Source of the DNA: Clostridia bacterium | GTDB taxonomy: Bacteria > Bacillota > Clostridia > Christensenellales > Borkfalkiaceae | Reading direction: 5' to 3' | Assembly: GCA_029059705.1 (NCBI GenBank) | Contig: JAIDVM010000041.1 | Span: 26,754 to 90,753 of the forward strand | Length of the DNA stretch: 64,000 nucleotides | Program-made: the position numbers and the translations under genes | The notes under the pieces: model-generated | Database searches by the model: none | What the model was told of the DNA's origin: nothing | The model's input: the letters and a program-made list of their open reading frames with translations, nothing else | Shown: positions 8,331-18,425 of the stretch, in pieces | Position numbering within the stretch: the first letter of the stretch is position 1 | Layout of the letters: each line of letters opens with the position of its first letter

Positions 8331-9121
8331 AACCAGCCCCCTTTCGTCGCTTCGGGCGCGACGGTTTTTGAATATAAATCGAAGAACGTATCCTCCAAAT
8401 TCTTTTCCTTTGTGAGGTTTTCAAGGGAATCAAGCGCGACGAGCCTGCCGTCTATTATTACGCCCACTCTGTCACACAGCTTTTCAACAAGGCTGAAAAT
8501 ATGCGTGGACAAAATAATCGTTTTGCCCGCGGCTTTCAGTTCGAGCAAAAAGTCGGTTACAACCTTTGCCGTGAGCACGTCCAAGCCGTTTGTCGGTTCG
8601 TCGAAAATGATGAAATCGGGGTCGTGAACGATTGAAATCACGAGCGAAATTTTTTGCTTCATGCCAGTGGAAAGGTTGGCGATTTTTATTTCGGCAAATT
8701 TATCTATGCCGAATTTTGAAAACAGCTCGCATTTTCGTTGTTGCGCGGCATGCTTTTCCACGCCGTAAAGCTCGCTGAAAAAGTCGTAAATGTAATTGGG
8801 CGTGAAAAACTCTTCAAGTTTTAATTCGCTCGTCAAAAAGCCTATTTTGCGGCGGACGGCTTCGTCGTCGGTAACTATGCTTTTGCCGTCGATAAAAGCG
8901 TTGCCGCTGTCGGGCTTTATTAACGTTGCCAACATTCTAAGCGTTGTGGTTTTACCCGCGCCGTTGGGACCGAGAAGCCCGAAAATTTCGCCGCGGTAGG
9001 CGGTGAAAGACAAGTCGTTGACGGCGATTTTAACCGAAAGGTTTGTGCCTTCGGACTTTTGTTGCTTCCGCGTGAGCTTGAAGGTCTTTTTCAACCCCTC
9101 TACCCTTAAAATCTCTTCCAT
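8327..9121 (-). CDS. ABC transporter ATP-binding protein (NatA-like)
   Basis: Walker A GPNGAGKTT, signature LSTGMKQK, Walker B IIFDEP. Confidence 0.9.
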   Translation of the reverse strand: MEEILRVEGLKKTFKLTRKQQKSEGTNLSVKIAVNDLSFTAYRGEIFGLLGPNGAGKTTTLRMLATLIKPDSGNAFIDGKSIVTDDEAVRRKIGFLTSELKLEEFFTPNYIYDFFSELYGVEKHAAQQRKCELFSKFGIDKFAEIKIANLSTGMKQKISLVISIVHDPDFIIFDEPTNGLDVLTAKVVTDFLLELKAAGKTIILSTHIFSLVEKLCDRVGVIIDGRLVALDSLENLTKEKNLEDTFFDLYSKTVAPEATKGGWL

Positions 9122-9164
9122 TCTTCCTCCGAGAAAAAATTTTATTTTCGCACATAATTATAAT

Positions 9165-9206
9165 GAACAATTTGTTCCCCGTCAACCGTTTCGGAACAAA
9201 ATGTTC
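9165..9206. promoter_or_regulatory. Two copies of the palindrome GAACA-N3-TGTTC
   Basis: GAACAATTTGTTC at 9165-9177 and GAACAAAATGTTC at 9194-9206. They lie between the divergent ABC operon and the XRE gene. Confidence 0.55.
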
Positions 9207-9212
9207 TAAAAT

Positions 9213-9425
9213 GTGAATATGAACAAATTTAACGAAAGATTGAGAGATTTGCGAACGGAAAACGCAATGTCGCGCGCGGAGCTTGCCGAAAAGCTGAACG
9301 TTTCGGTGCGGCTGATTGCATATTGGGAAGGCGGACAACGCGAGTGCGACTTTGACACGCTGTTGAACATTGCCGAAACTTTTTCCGTAAGCGTGGATTT
9401 TTTGCTTGGAAGAACTGATTATTAA
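9213..9425 (+). CDS. XRE-family HTH transcriptional regulator
   Basis: HTH_3 pattern LRDLRTENAMSRAELAEKLNVSVRLIAYWE. GTG at 9213 or ATG at 9219. Confidence 0.85.
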   Translation: MNMNKFNERLRDLRTENAMSRAELAEKLNVSVRLIAYWEGGQRECDFDTLLNIAETFSVSVDFLLGRTDY

Positions 9426-9437
9426 AAAATAGAACGC

Positions 9438-9472
9438 AAAAAAAGGACTTGGTATTTTCCAAGTCCTTTTTT
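9438..9472. terminator. Bidirectional terminator
   Basis: GGACTTGG / CCAAGTCC stem flanked by an A-run and a T-run. Confidence 0.7.
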
Positions 9473-9474
9473 AA

Positions 9475-10296
9475 TTAAACGTTGAAATATGTAAAGTGCA
9501 AAACAAAACTTGCTATTGCGATTAGCACCAGATACAGGCTGAACCACTTGTAATTGGCTTTTTTTATGACTTTGAGCATAAGTTTGATTGCAAAAAAGCC
9601 CGCCACTGCCGAAATTATAAAACCGAGCGCAACAGACACGCCGAGTTCGGCGCCGCCCGCAGCAAACGAATTTTGGATTTCGTGGTTTTTTAGCCCTATA
9701 ATCAGCTCGACGAAAAAGCTGCCGAGGATTACGGGTATGCTCATTATGAACGAAAATTTTGAAACTTCTTCGGCTTCGCACCCCGCTATCGTGCCCGCGC
9801 AGATTGTGGAGCCGCTGCGGGATATCCCCGGAAGCACCGCAAACGCCTGCGCAATGCCCATGGGGATTACCGTTTTAAAGCAGAGCGGCAAAACCCTTGC
9901 CCTTCGCTTTGCAATCATTTCGGTTGCAAACAGCAAAGACGCGGTTATCAAAAAGAACACGCCGAGGAAAATCCCCATGTATTCGCCGAAAAACACGTCG
10001 TCAAGGTGCAAAAATTCGAACAAAAGCCCCGTTACCGCGGCGGGAATTGTGGCGATTACCAAATATCCCAAGGTGTGAAACGGCTTTTTGAAAAGACTGA
10101 TTATATCCTTATAAAACACCGCGCACACCGCCACAAGCGTGCCTAAATGTAAAATTATCGTAAAAAACAGAGCTATATCGGCGTCGTTTATTCCGAACAC
10201 GCCTTGAAAGAAGGCTATGTGTCCGGACGACGAAACGGGTAAAAATTCGGTAAGACCTTGGATAAGTCCTAAAACGGCTGCTTGCCAGATTTTCAT
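9475..10296 (-). CDS. uppP: Undecaprenyl-diphosphate phosphatase
   Basis: BacA family motifs EFLPVSSSGH and PGISRSG; eight TMs. Confidence 0.93.
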   Translation of the reverse strand: MKIWQAAVLGLIQGLTEFLPVSSSGHIAFFQGVFGINDADIALFFTIILHLGTLVAVCAVFYKDIISLFKKPFHTLGYLVIATIPAAVTGLLFEFLHLDDVFFGEYMGIFLGVFFLITASLLFATEMIAKRRARVLPLCFKTVIPMGIAQAFAVLPGISRSGSTICAGTIAGCEAEEVSKFSFIMSIPVILGSFFVELIIGLKNHEIQNSFAAGGAELGVSVALGFIISAVAGFFAIKLMLKVIKKANYKWFSLYLVLIAIASFVLHFTYFNV

Positions 10297-10303
10297 TACT
10301 TAA

Positions 10304-12667
10304 TTATTTATTATCCCAGTTCAAATAATCGCTGTATCTGCTTTCGTGCTTGGTTACGGTGTCGTCGGTGACGAACATGGTTACTAATTTATTGCTTATC
10401 GTCGTGGAGGTTTCGGAAACGTCGTTGCTCTTAATCCACTCGTAGAACAAATTCTCGAAGGTGCCCTTGGTATCGATTTTTGTCCAGTCGGGCTTGTAAA
10501 CTTCACCGTCGTACTCGCCGCCCTCAACCTGAGCAAGGTCGTAAGCGTAGGTTACGTAAATGAGGTGCCAGCCGTAGTCGCCCGCGCAAACCGCAAACGA
10601 ACCTGTGCCGTTATTAACAGCCTTATGGCAAGCATATTCGAATTCCTTAATATAGTTGGTGTCGCCCGCGTTTACCGTGTAGCCGATATACTGCGACAAA
10701 ACGCCAGTATCGGTGGTATATGCATATTGCAGTTCGTTTACCGCGGACATTACCTTATACTGCTTGGTATCCTTGTTTAAGGTATTTGCGCGAAGCTGTT
10801 CGGGCGAAGTGTTCCCGTCTTCGGTTACGTTTACCTGTCCGTAAGCGTAGAGAAGCTTTGAATAGTCGAGTTCGACTTTGCCGCTGTCGTTCTTGGCGCC
10901 GCCGTTTTTATAGAAAGCGTCGCCGCTGTAAGCGTAATACGCGTCGTTCTTCGTGCCGTTATAAGTTACGCCGTTTTCGTCGGGAAGGTAAGTTACGTTG
11001 TTGGAAGTGCCCAATACATAATCAATATATGCCGAGAATTCTTTAAGCATTCCGTCGATATCGATTGCGTAAGGGTGAACGCTGTATTTGCCGCTTTCGG
11101 TCTTTTCAACCCAGCCGTTGTAAGAATATCTGCCGTCGTACTTGTCGAGGTTTTCGTATCTGTCGGTTTTTGTAAGATTGTTTTCGAAGAACAGCCAATC
11201 GCGTTCGTCGTTGCCGCCGTTGTAATAATTAAAACCTTCGGGCGCTTTAAAAGCGTATTCCGTTGCGCCGTCGAACCAAGGCTTGCGCTGGTCGGTGGAG
11301 GTTATGTTATTTAAAAGCGTGTTTCTGTATTCGTAATACATTGCGGTGTAGCCGCTGTCGATATCGTTGTCGATATAAGGGTTTTTGTTGGCGTCGGTTT
11401 CCTTTTTAACCGCCGAAAGCCCAAGGCTCTGCGCCGAAGAGAACGGAAGCAAGATGTTGTAAACAAAGCCGAATTTGCCGCCGTTTTCCGCTTCGGGAAC
11501 GTAGAGCGTGAAAGACGTATCCGAAATGTTGCCCATTGCGGTTGCAAAAGCGTCTTCGGTGCTGTTTGCGGTTACCTGCTCCGAAAGCGCGTCCTGATAT
11601 CTCGCCTCGATATAAGCATAATTGTCGCCTTTAAGCTTTTCTACCTGCTCTTCCTCGAACAATTCATAATATTTATTAATCACGCGCGATTTGAGCTGGG
11701 AAAGATATTGCGACTGTACGTATTGAAGATTTCTTACGTCTTTAATATCCTCCGTGCGCGCGTCGATTAAGCCGTAGCCGACAAAGCCGCTTACGAAACG
11801 GTTATAAGCCCTTATTCTAGTTGCGCGGGTGCTCTTTTCCGCCAAATCTTTGCTGCGGGAATTTTGGTATTCGCCGCTTTTTGCCAAAGAGTAATCGTTG
11901 TTGTCGTCCAGCTTATAGCCGGTGTAAATGTTGTAATCTATCGCCGCTTCTTCCAACTTATCCGTAACGTTGCCGAGCTTGTCAAGATAACCGTCGCCGT
12001 TGGGATTTTTCATTGCGGGGAAGTAGTCTTCCTGCTCAGTGTCAACACCCGTGGGCGCCGTGCGGGTATCGGAGCCCGCCGAGGACGATTCGATTTTTAA
12101 AATCGTGGTTTCGTAAGTGTCGAGCGCGGCGTTTATAGAATATCTCAAATTGTATTCGGCAACCTTAACGTCTATGCTGTCCTTGCCGCCGAGAAGATAT
12201 TCGTATCTGCCCAAATCGCTGTCATATGCAAGGAATTCCGCAAGCACCTGCTCCGCCGTTTTGCCGTCGGTGTGCGCCATTTTGTACTGCAACAGATAGG
12301 TTGCAGCATACTGGGTTACCGCCGCGGTGTTTACAAGCTGCGTTACAAGCTGTTCGAAGGTGGTTTTATAAGAGCCGTTCTGCTGATATAAAGAATAACC
12401 CGTAGTAACAAAATATGATAAAAGTTCCCTTTTAAGAATCTTTGTAGTGCCGAGCAGTTCTTTATATTGCGAGTATTGGGCGCCGTAATTTTCGAACGTC
12501 TTTTCGAACTCCTTGTCGAAAGCCTCGGTTTTCGTAATATTAATTTCGGCAATTTCCTGCTTTAAGTCCGCGTTTACGTTCTTGGTTACGAGCGAGCAAC
12601 CGCCAAGCGTTGCGGCAAGCGTTAATGACGAGGCAAGAATTGCACTTACAATTGTTTTCTTCTTCAT
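10304..12667 (-). CDS. Large lipoprotein with a C-terminal parvulin (PpiC)-like domain, PrsA/SurA-like
   Basis: Lipobox LGGC after the signal peptide. C-terminal ...GDYGWHLIYV... resembles the parvulin G(Y/W)H(I/L)I motif. Sits in the position occupied by prsA-like genes next to mfd in Clostridia. Confidence 0.55.
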   Translation of the reverse strand: MKKKTIVSAILASSLTLAATLGGCSLVTKNVNADLKQEIAEINITKTEAFDKEFEKTFENYGAQYSQYKELLGTTKILKRELLSYFVTTGYSLYQQNGSYKTTFEQLVTQLVNTAAVTQYAATYLLQYKMAHTDGKTAEQVLAEFLAYDSDLGRYEYLLGGKDSIDVKVAEYNLRYSINAALDTYETTILKIESSSAGSDTRTAPTGVDTEQEDYFPAMKNPNGDGYLDKLGNVTDKLEEAAIDYNIYTGYKLDDNNDYSLAKSGEYQNSRSKDLAEKSTRATRIRAYNRFVSGFVGYGLIDARTEDIKDVRNLQYVQSQYLSQLKSRVINKYYELFEEEQVEKLKGDNYAYIEARYQDALSEQVTANSTEDAFATAMGNISDTSFTLYVPEAENGGKFGFVYNILLPFSSAQSLGLSAVKKETDANKNPYIDNDIDSGYTAMYYEYRNTLLNNITSTDQRKPWFDGATEYAFKAPEGFNYYNGGNDERDWLFFENNLTKTDRYENLDKYDGRYSYNGWVEKTESGKYSVHPYAIDIDGMLKEFSAYIDYVLGTSNNVTYLPDENGVTYNGTKNDAYYAYSGDAFYKNGGAKNDSGKVELDYSKLLYAYGQVNVTEDGNTSPEQLRANTLNKDTKQYKVMSAVNELQYAYTTDTGVLSQYIGYTVNAGDTNYIKEFEYACHKAVNNGTGSFAVCAGDYGWHLIYVTYAYDLAQVEGGEYDGEVYKPDWTKIDTKGTFENLFYEWIKSNDVSETSTTISNKLVTMFVTDDTVTKHESRYSDYLNWDNK

Positions 12668-12753
12668 AAATCGTTACTCCGATAGTCGTTTAAAAAATAT
12701 CAAACATAATTATATAATATTTTAACCGCGATAGCAAATCTTTTTGGCGAATT

Positions 12754-15700
12754 TTAGTTAAAACTTACGGCAAATTTCAAAAATTTTGTCATATCGAGCA
12801 TAGTTTTCGAGGGCGAGGTGCGCGCGGCGAACACCACGAGGGGCACTTTTGCCATGGAAAGCTTAACTCTGCCCGCATATTTTTCGAGCGCCGCAGCAAG
12901 TCTGCTGTCTTTAAGAGAGTTTACCGAAGGCAGTTCGAGCGTGCCCTCGGTGCCGTCGACGCAAATCTTTTTTACGTTGAACTTTGACGCGAAGGATTTT
13001 AACACGGCGATAATCAAGAGATTTAACACCTCGTCTGGCATGGGGCCGAAGTTCTCTTCTATAGAAGAGCATACCCTTTTGTAATCTTCGACTGTGCGGA
13101 TTTCGGCAATCTGCTTATAGCAGTCCATTCTGCCCGCGCTGCTTTCGATATACGCTTCGGGTATGTACGCCGTGGCTTTAATTTCAAGCTCGCACGAAAG
13201 CTGTTTGTCGCCCGTAAGCTCTTCCTTTAACAGCTTTGAATACAGCTCGTAGCCCACTTTGTCCATGTGCCCGTGCTGCTCCGCGCCGAGCACGTTGCCC
13301 GCGCCGCGGATTTCAAGGTCGCGCATGGCGATTTTAAAGCCCGAGCCGAGCTCGGTAAAGCGCATAATCGCTTTTAACCTTTCGGTGGCTTCGCTTGTTA
13401 AAATTTTGTCTGGCTTGAAAGTGAAATAAGCCTGCGCAAGGCGCGCGCCTCTGCCAACCCTGCCCCTCAGCTGGTAAAGCTGCGAAATGCCGAGGCGGTC
13501 GGCGTCGATTACTATAATCGTGTTGGCGTTGGGCAAATCTATTCCGTTTTCGATTATCGTCGTGGTTACTAAAATGTTTTTTTCGCCGCGGTAAAAGGAA
13601 AACACGGCGTTTTCGAGCACATCCCTTTCCATTCTGCCGTGAGCGTAACAGATTTTGCCCTCGGGAACGATTTCGGCAATTCTTGCCGCAAAGGAAGAAA
13701 TGCTCTCTACGCGGTTGTACAAAATGAAAACCTGCCCACCGCGGGAAAGCTCGCGTATGCACGCGTCGCGGATAAGCGCTTCGCTCTCTTCGATTACGTA
13801 GGTTTGCACGGGCAGCCTTTTAAGGGGCGGGGTGGTTATGGTGCTGATGTCCCTTATCCCCGCAAGCGACATGTGCAGCGTGCGCGGAATGGGCGTTGCC
13901 GTCATGGTGAGGCAGTCGATATTCTTTTTTACGTTTTTGATTTTTTCCTTGTGCTCTACGCCGAAACGCTGTTCTTCGTCCAAAACGAGCAAGCCCAAAT
14001 CGTAAAACTTTACGTCGTTTGATAACAGCCTGTGCGTGCCGATTATTAAATCGATATCCCCCTTTGCAAGCGCCGACAAGGTTTTTGCCTGCTGCGCGGG
14101 CGTGCGGAAGCGGTTTAAAACTTCCACTCTTACGCCGAATTCCTTAAAGCGTTCGACGGCGGTGTTAAAGTGCTGCTCCGACAAAACCGTGCTTGGGCAC
14201 ATGAACGCCGCCTGCTTGCCGCCGAGCACGCAAAGATAAATTGCGCGGAGAGCGACTTCGGTTTTGCCGTAGCCGACGTCGCCGCACAAAAGTCTGTCCA
14301 TTACTTTATCCGAGCACATGTCGGCTTTTATTTCTTCGATTGAAACGAGCTGGTCGGGGGTTTCTTCATAGCCGAAAGCTTCTTCGAATTCTTCGAACAT
14401 TACAGCGTTTTCAGGGAAGCAAAAGCCCTTTCTACCGCTGCGCTCGGCGTAAAGCTCCTTTAAGTCGAACGCAAGCTTTTTTATGGATTGCTTAACGCGC
14501 TCCTTAACGCGCTCGAAATCAGCCCCGCCGATTTTTGAAAGCGCGGGGTTTTGTTCGCCGACGTATTTTGAGAGCACGTCCATCTGCTCGACGGGAACGT
14601 AAAGCGTGTCGCCGCCCTTGTACTCGATTGAAACGTATTCCTTTATGCCGTCGGTGGTTTCAATCTTTTTGGTGCCCGTAATTTTGCCGATGCCGTGTTT
14701 TTCGTGAACGCAATAGTCGCCAATTTCGGGCGAAACGAACATGTCGCCGCGCCGCTTTCTTATGCGCTTTGTAACCGTTTTGGTATACAAATCCGAGCTA
14801 CCTATTATTACGAGCTTAGCCTCGTGGATAATCATGCCGCGGGGCATTTCCTCGGAGCTTACCGCAACGCCGTGCAACGCTTCCAGACGGTCGGGAACGG
14901 GATAGACCGGCAAATATGCCTCGTTTAAAACTTCGGTAAGCTTTTCGTAGCGCGAAATATTGCCCGCAAATGCCAGCACTCTGTAACCGTTTTGCAGCCA
15001 GTTTTTACAGTCCGTTATAAACTGCGGCATGGCGTTAAGGTAGGACGGCGCGGGCGTTGAGCGGAGATTATAGGTTTTTAAGGGGCGGAAAAACATAGTA
15101 CTCGACGTAAACGTTTGCAACGCGAGGCACGTGTAATTTTTTAAGCGTTCCGCGATAAAATCGGGACTTAAAAGCTGCTTTTCGGAAAAAGAAAAGGCTT
15201 CGCCGCCCTTCTTTAAGTCGGCAACACGCGTTAAGTGCTCTTTATAAATGCCGTTAAGTCTGTCGTTTATGCTCTTGCACTCGTCGAGTATGATTTTTGT
15301 GCTTTTATCCGCTAAATCGAAGATATTGCGGCACGAACCGAGCAAAGGCAGCAAAAACGACGCGCCCGAAAAGGGTATTCCCGCGCTCATTTTTTCGGAA
15401 ATTTCATCACATATTGCGCGGGCGCGCTCGTATGCCTTCACATCACCGCACTTTTTGGTTTCTGCGGTTAAAGCAGCGCGCAGCTTTTCCTGTTCTCCGC
15501 TTTGAATAACAGCGTCGGTTGCGGCGATTACGGTTACTTCCTTTACTTCTTCAAGCCTTTCGCCCGTAATCCCGTCGTAGGGGCGGATTTTTTCGACAGT
15601 ATCGCCAAAGAAATCTATGCGCACGGGGTTTTCCGCGCCGACGGGGAAAATATCCAGAATATCGCCGCGAACGGCAAAGCTGCCCTGCGTATCCGCGGCA

Positions 15701-16167
15701 TATTCGCGGGTGTAGCCCATTTTTACGAGCTTTGCGGCAAGCGAGGAATAGTCGTACTCCTCCCCCGTTTTAAAAGTTATCGCCTGCACGCTTTCGGGAA
15801 AAAGCTGCATGACAGCTTCGGTTTCGGTTATTACAATTTCCGCGCCGTGCGCCATTTTATAGGTTGCCCAAAGCCGTTTAAACAGCGCGTCCTTAGAGAG
15901 CGCGTCCTTATATAAAACTACGTCGTCCTTGGCGGGAAGATAAACGCAGTTTTTGCCTGACAAAACGCTTATTGACTGAAAGGCTTTTTGCGCGGCGACC
16001 GCGTCGGCGGCGATATACAAAACCTTGCCTTCGGTGAGCGCGGTGATTAAATATTTGTGAGCTTCGGAAACGCCGAAAACCGCCGTCGGCATGCCGAGGC
16101 GGATATCGTTTTCAAGGGCAGAATAGTCGCCCCGTAAGTTTTTGTAAGTGAAAAAATCTTTAACCAC
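12754..16167 (-). CDS. mfd: Transcription-repair coupling factor
   Basis: 1137 aa; CarD-like segment, Walker A GDVGYGKTEVA, DEEQ box LDEEQRFG, TRCF C-terminal domain. GTG start. Confidence 0.95.
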   Translation of the reverse strand: MVKDFFTYKNLRGDYSALENDIRLGMPTAVFGVSEAHKYLITALTEGKVLYIAADAVAAQKAFQSISVLSGKNCVYLPAKDDVVLYKDALSKDALFKRLWATYKMAHGAEIVITETEAVMQLFPESVQAITFKTGEEYDYSSLAAKLVKMGYTREYAADTQGSFAVRGDILDIFPVGAENPVRIDFFGDTVEKIRPYDGITGERLEEVKEVTVIAATDAVIQSGEQEKLRAALTAETKKCGDVKAYERARAICDEISEKMSAGIPFSGASFLLPLLGSCRNIFDLADKSTKIILDECKSINDRLNGIYKEHLTRVADLKKGGEAFSFSEKQLLSPDFIAERLKNYTCLALQTFTSSTMFFRPLKTYNLRSTPAPSYLNAMPQFITDCKNWLQNGYRVLAFAGNISRYEKLTEVLNEAYLPVYPVPDRLEALHGVAVSSEEMPRGMIIHEAKLVIIGSSDLYTKTVTKRIRKRRGDMFVSPEIGDYCVHEKHGIGKITGTKKIETTDGIKEYVSIEYKGGDTLYVPVEQMDVLSKYVGEQNPALSKIGGADFERVKERVKQSIKKLAFDLKELYAERSGRKGFCFPENAVMFEEFEEAFGYEETPDQLVSIEEIKADMCSDKVMDRLLCGDVGYGKTEVALRAIYLCVLGGKQAAFMCPSTVLSEQHFNTAVERFKEFGVRVEVLNRFRTPAQQAKTLSALAKGDIDLIIGTHRLLSNDVKFYDLGLLVLDEEQRFGVEHKEKIKNVKKNIDCLTMTATPIPRTLHMSLAGIRDISTITTPPLKRLPVQTYVIEESEALIRDACIRELSRGGQVFILYNRVESISSFAARIAEIVPEGKICYAHGRMERDVLENAVFSFYRGEKNILVTTTIIENGIDLPNANTIIVIDADRLGISQLYQLRGRVGRGARLAQAYFTFKPDKILTSEATERLKAIMRFTELGSGFKIAMRDLEIRGAGNVLGAEQHGHMDKVGYELYSKLLKEELTGDKQLSCELEIKATAYIPEAYIESSAGRMDCYKQIAEIRTVEDYKRVCSSIEENFGPMPDEVLNLLIIAVLKSFASKFNVKKICVDGTEGTLELPSVNSLKDSRLAAALEKYAGRVKLSMAKVPLVVFAARTSPSKTMLDMTKFLKFAVSFN

Positions 16168-16170
16168 AGT

Positions 16171-16734
16171 TTAACCGTTAAATCTGGTCATTACGTTTTC
16201 AACGCTTTCGCCGCCGCATATTGCAAGCGCGGCTTCCGCCGAGCGGTTGCACGCGGAAATAAACAACTCGTAATCCTCTTTTTTAACTTCGGACAAAACG
16301 TAGTTTATGAGAGGAATATTGGCTTCGGGGTCGCGTATGCCTATTCTTATGCGGGGGAAGTTTTGCGCCCCCGTTTCGGCAATTACCGAACGCATGCCGT
16401 TATGCGTGCCCGCGCTGCCCGAAGGTCTAATCCTTACGTGACCTTTGGGCAAATCGTAATCGTCGTAAATTACTATTAAGTGCTCGGGCGGGCATTTATA
16501 CTTGCTCATGAGCTGTTTAACCGCCCTGCCGCTGGCGTTCATATAAGTTACGGGGCGGGCTAAAATTACCTTTTCCCCCTTTATGAAAGCTTCGGCAACA
16601 AACGCCTCGCACTCCTTTTTTTTGAACTTTACGCCAAGCTTTTCGGCAACGTCGCCCACGGCGATATAGCCCATGTTGTGAAAAGTTTTTAAATATTTTT
16701 CTTCGGGATTGCCCAAACCTACTACGATGTACAT
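16171..16734 (-). CDS. pth: Peptidyl-tRNA hydrolase
   Basis: MYIVVGLGNPEEKYLKTFHNMGY and GTHNGMRS motifs. Confidence 0.95.
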   Translation of the reverse strand: MYIVVGLGNPEEKYLKTFHNMGYIAVGDVAEKLGVKFKKKECEAFVAEAFIKGEKVILARPVTYMNASGRAVKQLMSKYKCPPEHLIVIYDDYDLPKGHVRIRPSGSAGTHNGMRSVIAETGAQNFPRIRIGIRDPEANIPLINYVLSEVKKEDYELFISACNRSAEAALAICGGESVENVMTRFNG

Positions 16735-16746
16735 TTTATTCCTTAA

Positions 16747-16772
16747 ATAAAAGCCGCTTGATGCGGCTTTAA
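16747..16772 (-). terminator. Terminator after prs
   Basis: AAGCCGC / GCGGCTT stem followed by TTTTATTT on the minus strand. Confidence 0.55.
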
Positions 16773-16824
16773 TGACGTTAATTTAATCAGTTTAAAACGC
16801 AGCGAAGCGCAGCTTATATGCGTT

Positions 16825-17772
16825 TTAGTCGTAAATTTTGGACATGGACTTGTCCAGATACACATTCTCGATTGCCGAAGCAAAAATGGGCGCCGTGGAA
16901 ATGATTTTAAAAATCGGCAACATTTTTTCTTGGGGAATGTTGATTGTGTCTAAAATTGCAAGCTCGTTTATGGGCGAAGCCGCAAGCCTTTCGATTGCGG
17001 GTCCCGACAAAACACCGTGCGAGCAGCAAGCGTAAATATTTTTCGCGCCAGCCTCTTTAAGAGCCTTTGCGCCCTGAACTATGGTGCCGGCGGTGTCTAT
17101 CATGTCGTCGACCATAAGGCAGTTTTTGCCCTTAACGTCGCCGATTATGTTCATAACTTCCATTACGTTGGCTTTGGGACGGCGCTTGTCTATAATTGCC
17201 ATTTTCGCGTCCATTCTTGCCGCAACCTTTCTTGCGCGGGCAACCGAGCCTATGTCGGGCGAAACGACCACAAAGTTGTCGTCCACCTTGGGTTTGAAAT
17301 AGTTATAAAGCGTGGGGCCGCCCACCAAATTATCCAAAGGAATATCGAAGAAGCCCTGAATCTGCATGCAATGCAGGTCCATGGTTAAAACTCTGTCCGC
17401 GCCTGCGGAAGTGATTAAGTTGGCAACGAGTTTTGCGGTTATAGGCTCGCGCGAGCGGGCTTTTCTGTCTTGTCTTGCATAGCCGAAATAGGGGATTACC
17501 GCCGTTATTCTTCCCGCACTGGCGCGTTTTGCCGCGTCAATCATGATGAGAAGCTCCATTAAATTGGTGTTTACGGGGTAGCTTGTGGACTGAACGAGGA
17601 ACACGTCCATGCCGCGGATTGTTTCGGCAAAGCGAACGTAAATTTCACCGTCCGAAAAATGCGTTACTTCCATTTCTCCCAAAGAAGTGTTCAGCTTTGC
17701 TGCAATTGCTTCGGCGAGCGGTCTGTTCGAATTTCCCGAAAAGATTTTAATTTCGTTGCCGTGGTTAATCAT
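16825..17772 (-). CDS. prs: Ribose-phosphate pyrophosphokinase
   Basis: PRPP synthetase motifs YFGYARQDRK and DDMIDTAGT. Confidence 0.95.
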   Translation of the reverse strand: MINHGNEIKIFSGNSNRPLAEAIAAKLNTSLGEMEVTHFSDGEIYVRFAETIRGMDVFLVQSTSYPVNTNLMELLIMIDAAKRASAGRITAVIPYFGYARQDRKARSREPITAKLVANLITSAGADRVLTMDLHCMQIQGFFDIPLDNLVGGPTLYNYFKPKVDDNFVVVSPDIGSVARARKVAARMDAKMAIIDKRRPKANVMEVMNIIGDVKGKNCLMVDDMIDTAGTIVQGAKALKEAGAKNIYACCSHGVLSGPAIERLAASPINELAILDTINIPQEKMLPIFKIISTAPIFASAIENVYLDKSMSKIYD

Positions 17773-17939
17773 TAGGTTTTCCTCCGAAGAACTTTTGTAT
17801 TTAAAAAGAGTTTACCCTCTTTTTTATCTGCGCTGAATTTCCCCTTACCGCAAGCAAATGCGTGCACATTATATTTTATATTCGAAACGCCGTGTTGTCA
17901 ACTAAATTGACGGCAAATAGGTCTTTGGAAAATATTAAA

Positions 17940-18425
17940 CTATTCTTCCGAGGTTTTGTTTGATTTTAACTTGTTTTCCTTTTCGCGCTCACGCATTTGC
18001 GAAAAAAACGACGAAAGAACGGCGGCGCATTCCTCTTCCATAACTCCGCCCTCAACCTCTATTCTGTGGTTGACGAGGTTGGAATTTGCAAGCGCTTCGG
18101 TCATAGACCTTCCCTTTGCCTCGGGCGCGCCGAAATACACCTTTTTTATGCGCGCGTTCAGCATTGCGCCCATGCACATGGGGCAAGGCTCCAAGGTGAC
18201 GTAAATTTCGCACTCGGGTATGCGCCAGCTCTTTAATTTTTTGCACGCCTTTTCAATCGCCTCGATTTCCGCATGGGCGGTTGCGATTTGCCTTTTGGTG
18301 CGCTTGTTATACCCGCGGGAAACGATTTTGCCGTCGCACACGACCACCGCGCCTATGGGAACTTCGCCCTCGGCGGCTGCCTTTTCCGCACATTTAAGGG
18401 CGGCCTTCATAAACTTTATATCCAT
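17940..18425 (-). CDS. tadA: tRNA adenosine(34) deaminase
   Basis: HAEIEAI and PCPMC zinc motifs. ATG at 18425 is preferred over the TTG at 18437. Overlaps the upstream gene's stop. Confidence 0.9.
   Translation of the reverse strand: MDIKFMKAALKCAEKAAAEGEVPIGAVVVCDGKIVSRGYNKRTKRQIATAHAEIEAIEKACKKLKSWRIPECEIYVTLEPCPMCMGAMLNARIKKVYFGAPEAKGRSMTEALANSNLVNHRIEVEGGVMEEECAAVLSSFFSQMREREKENKLKSNKTSEE

Noticed and set aside
17773-17939. Possible riboswitch or attenuator upstream of prs (small hairpin AAAAAGAG-GGTAA-ACTCTTTTT in the leader).
   Set aside because: I recognise no conserved riboswitch core. The short hairpin alone is insufficient. A TTGACA-17-TAAAAT promoter explains most of the spacer.
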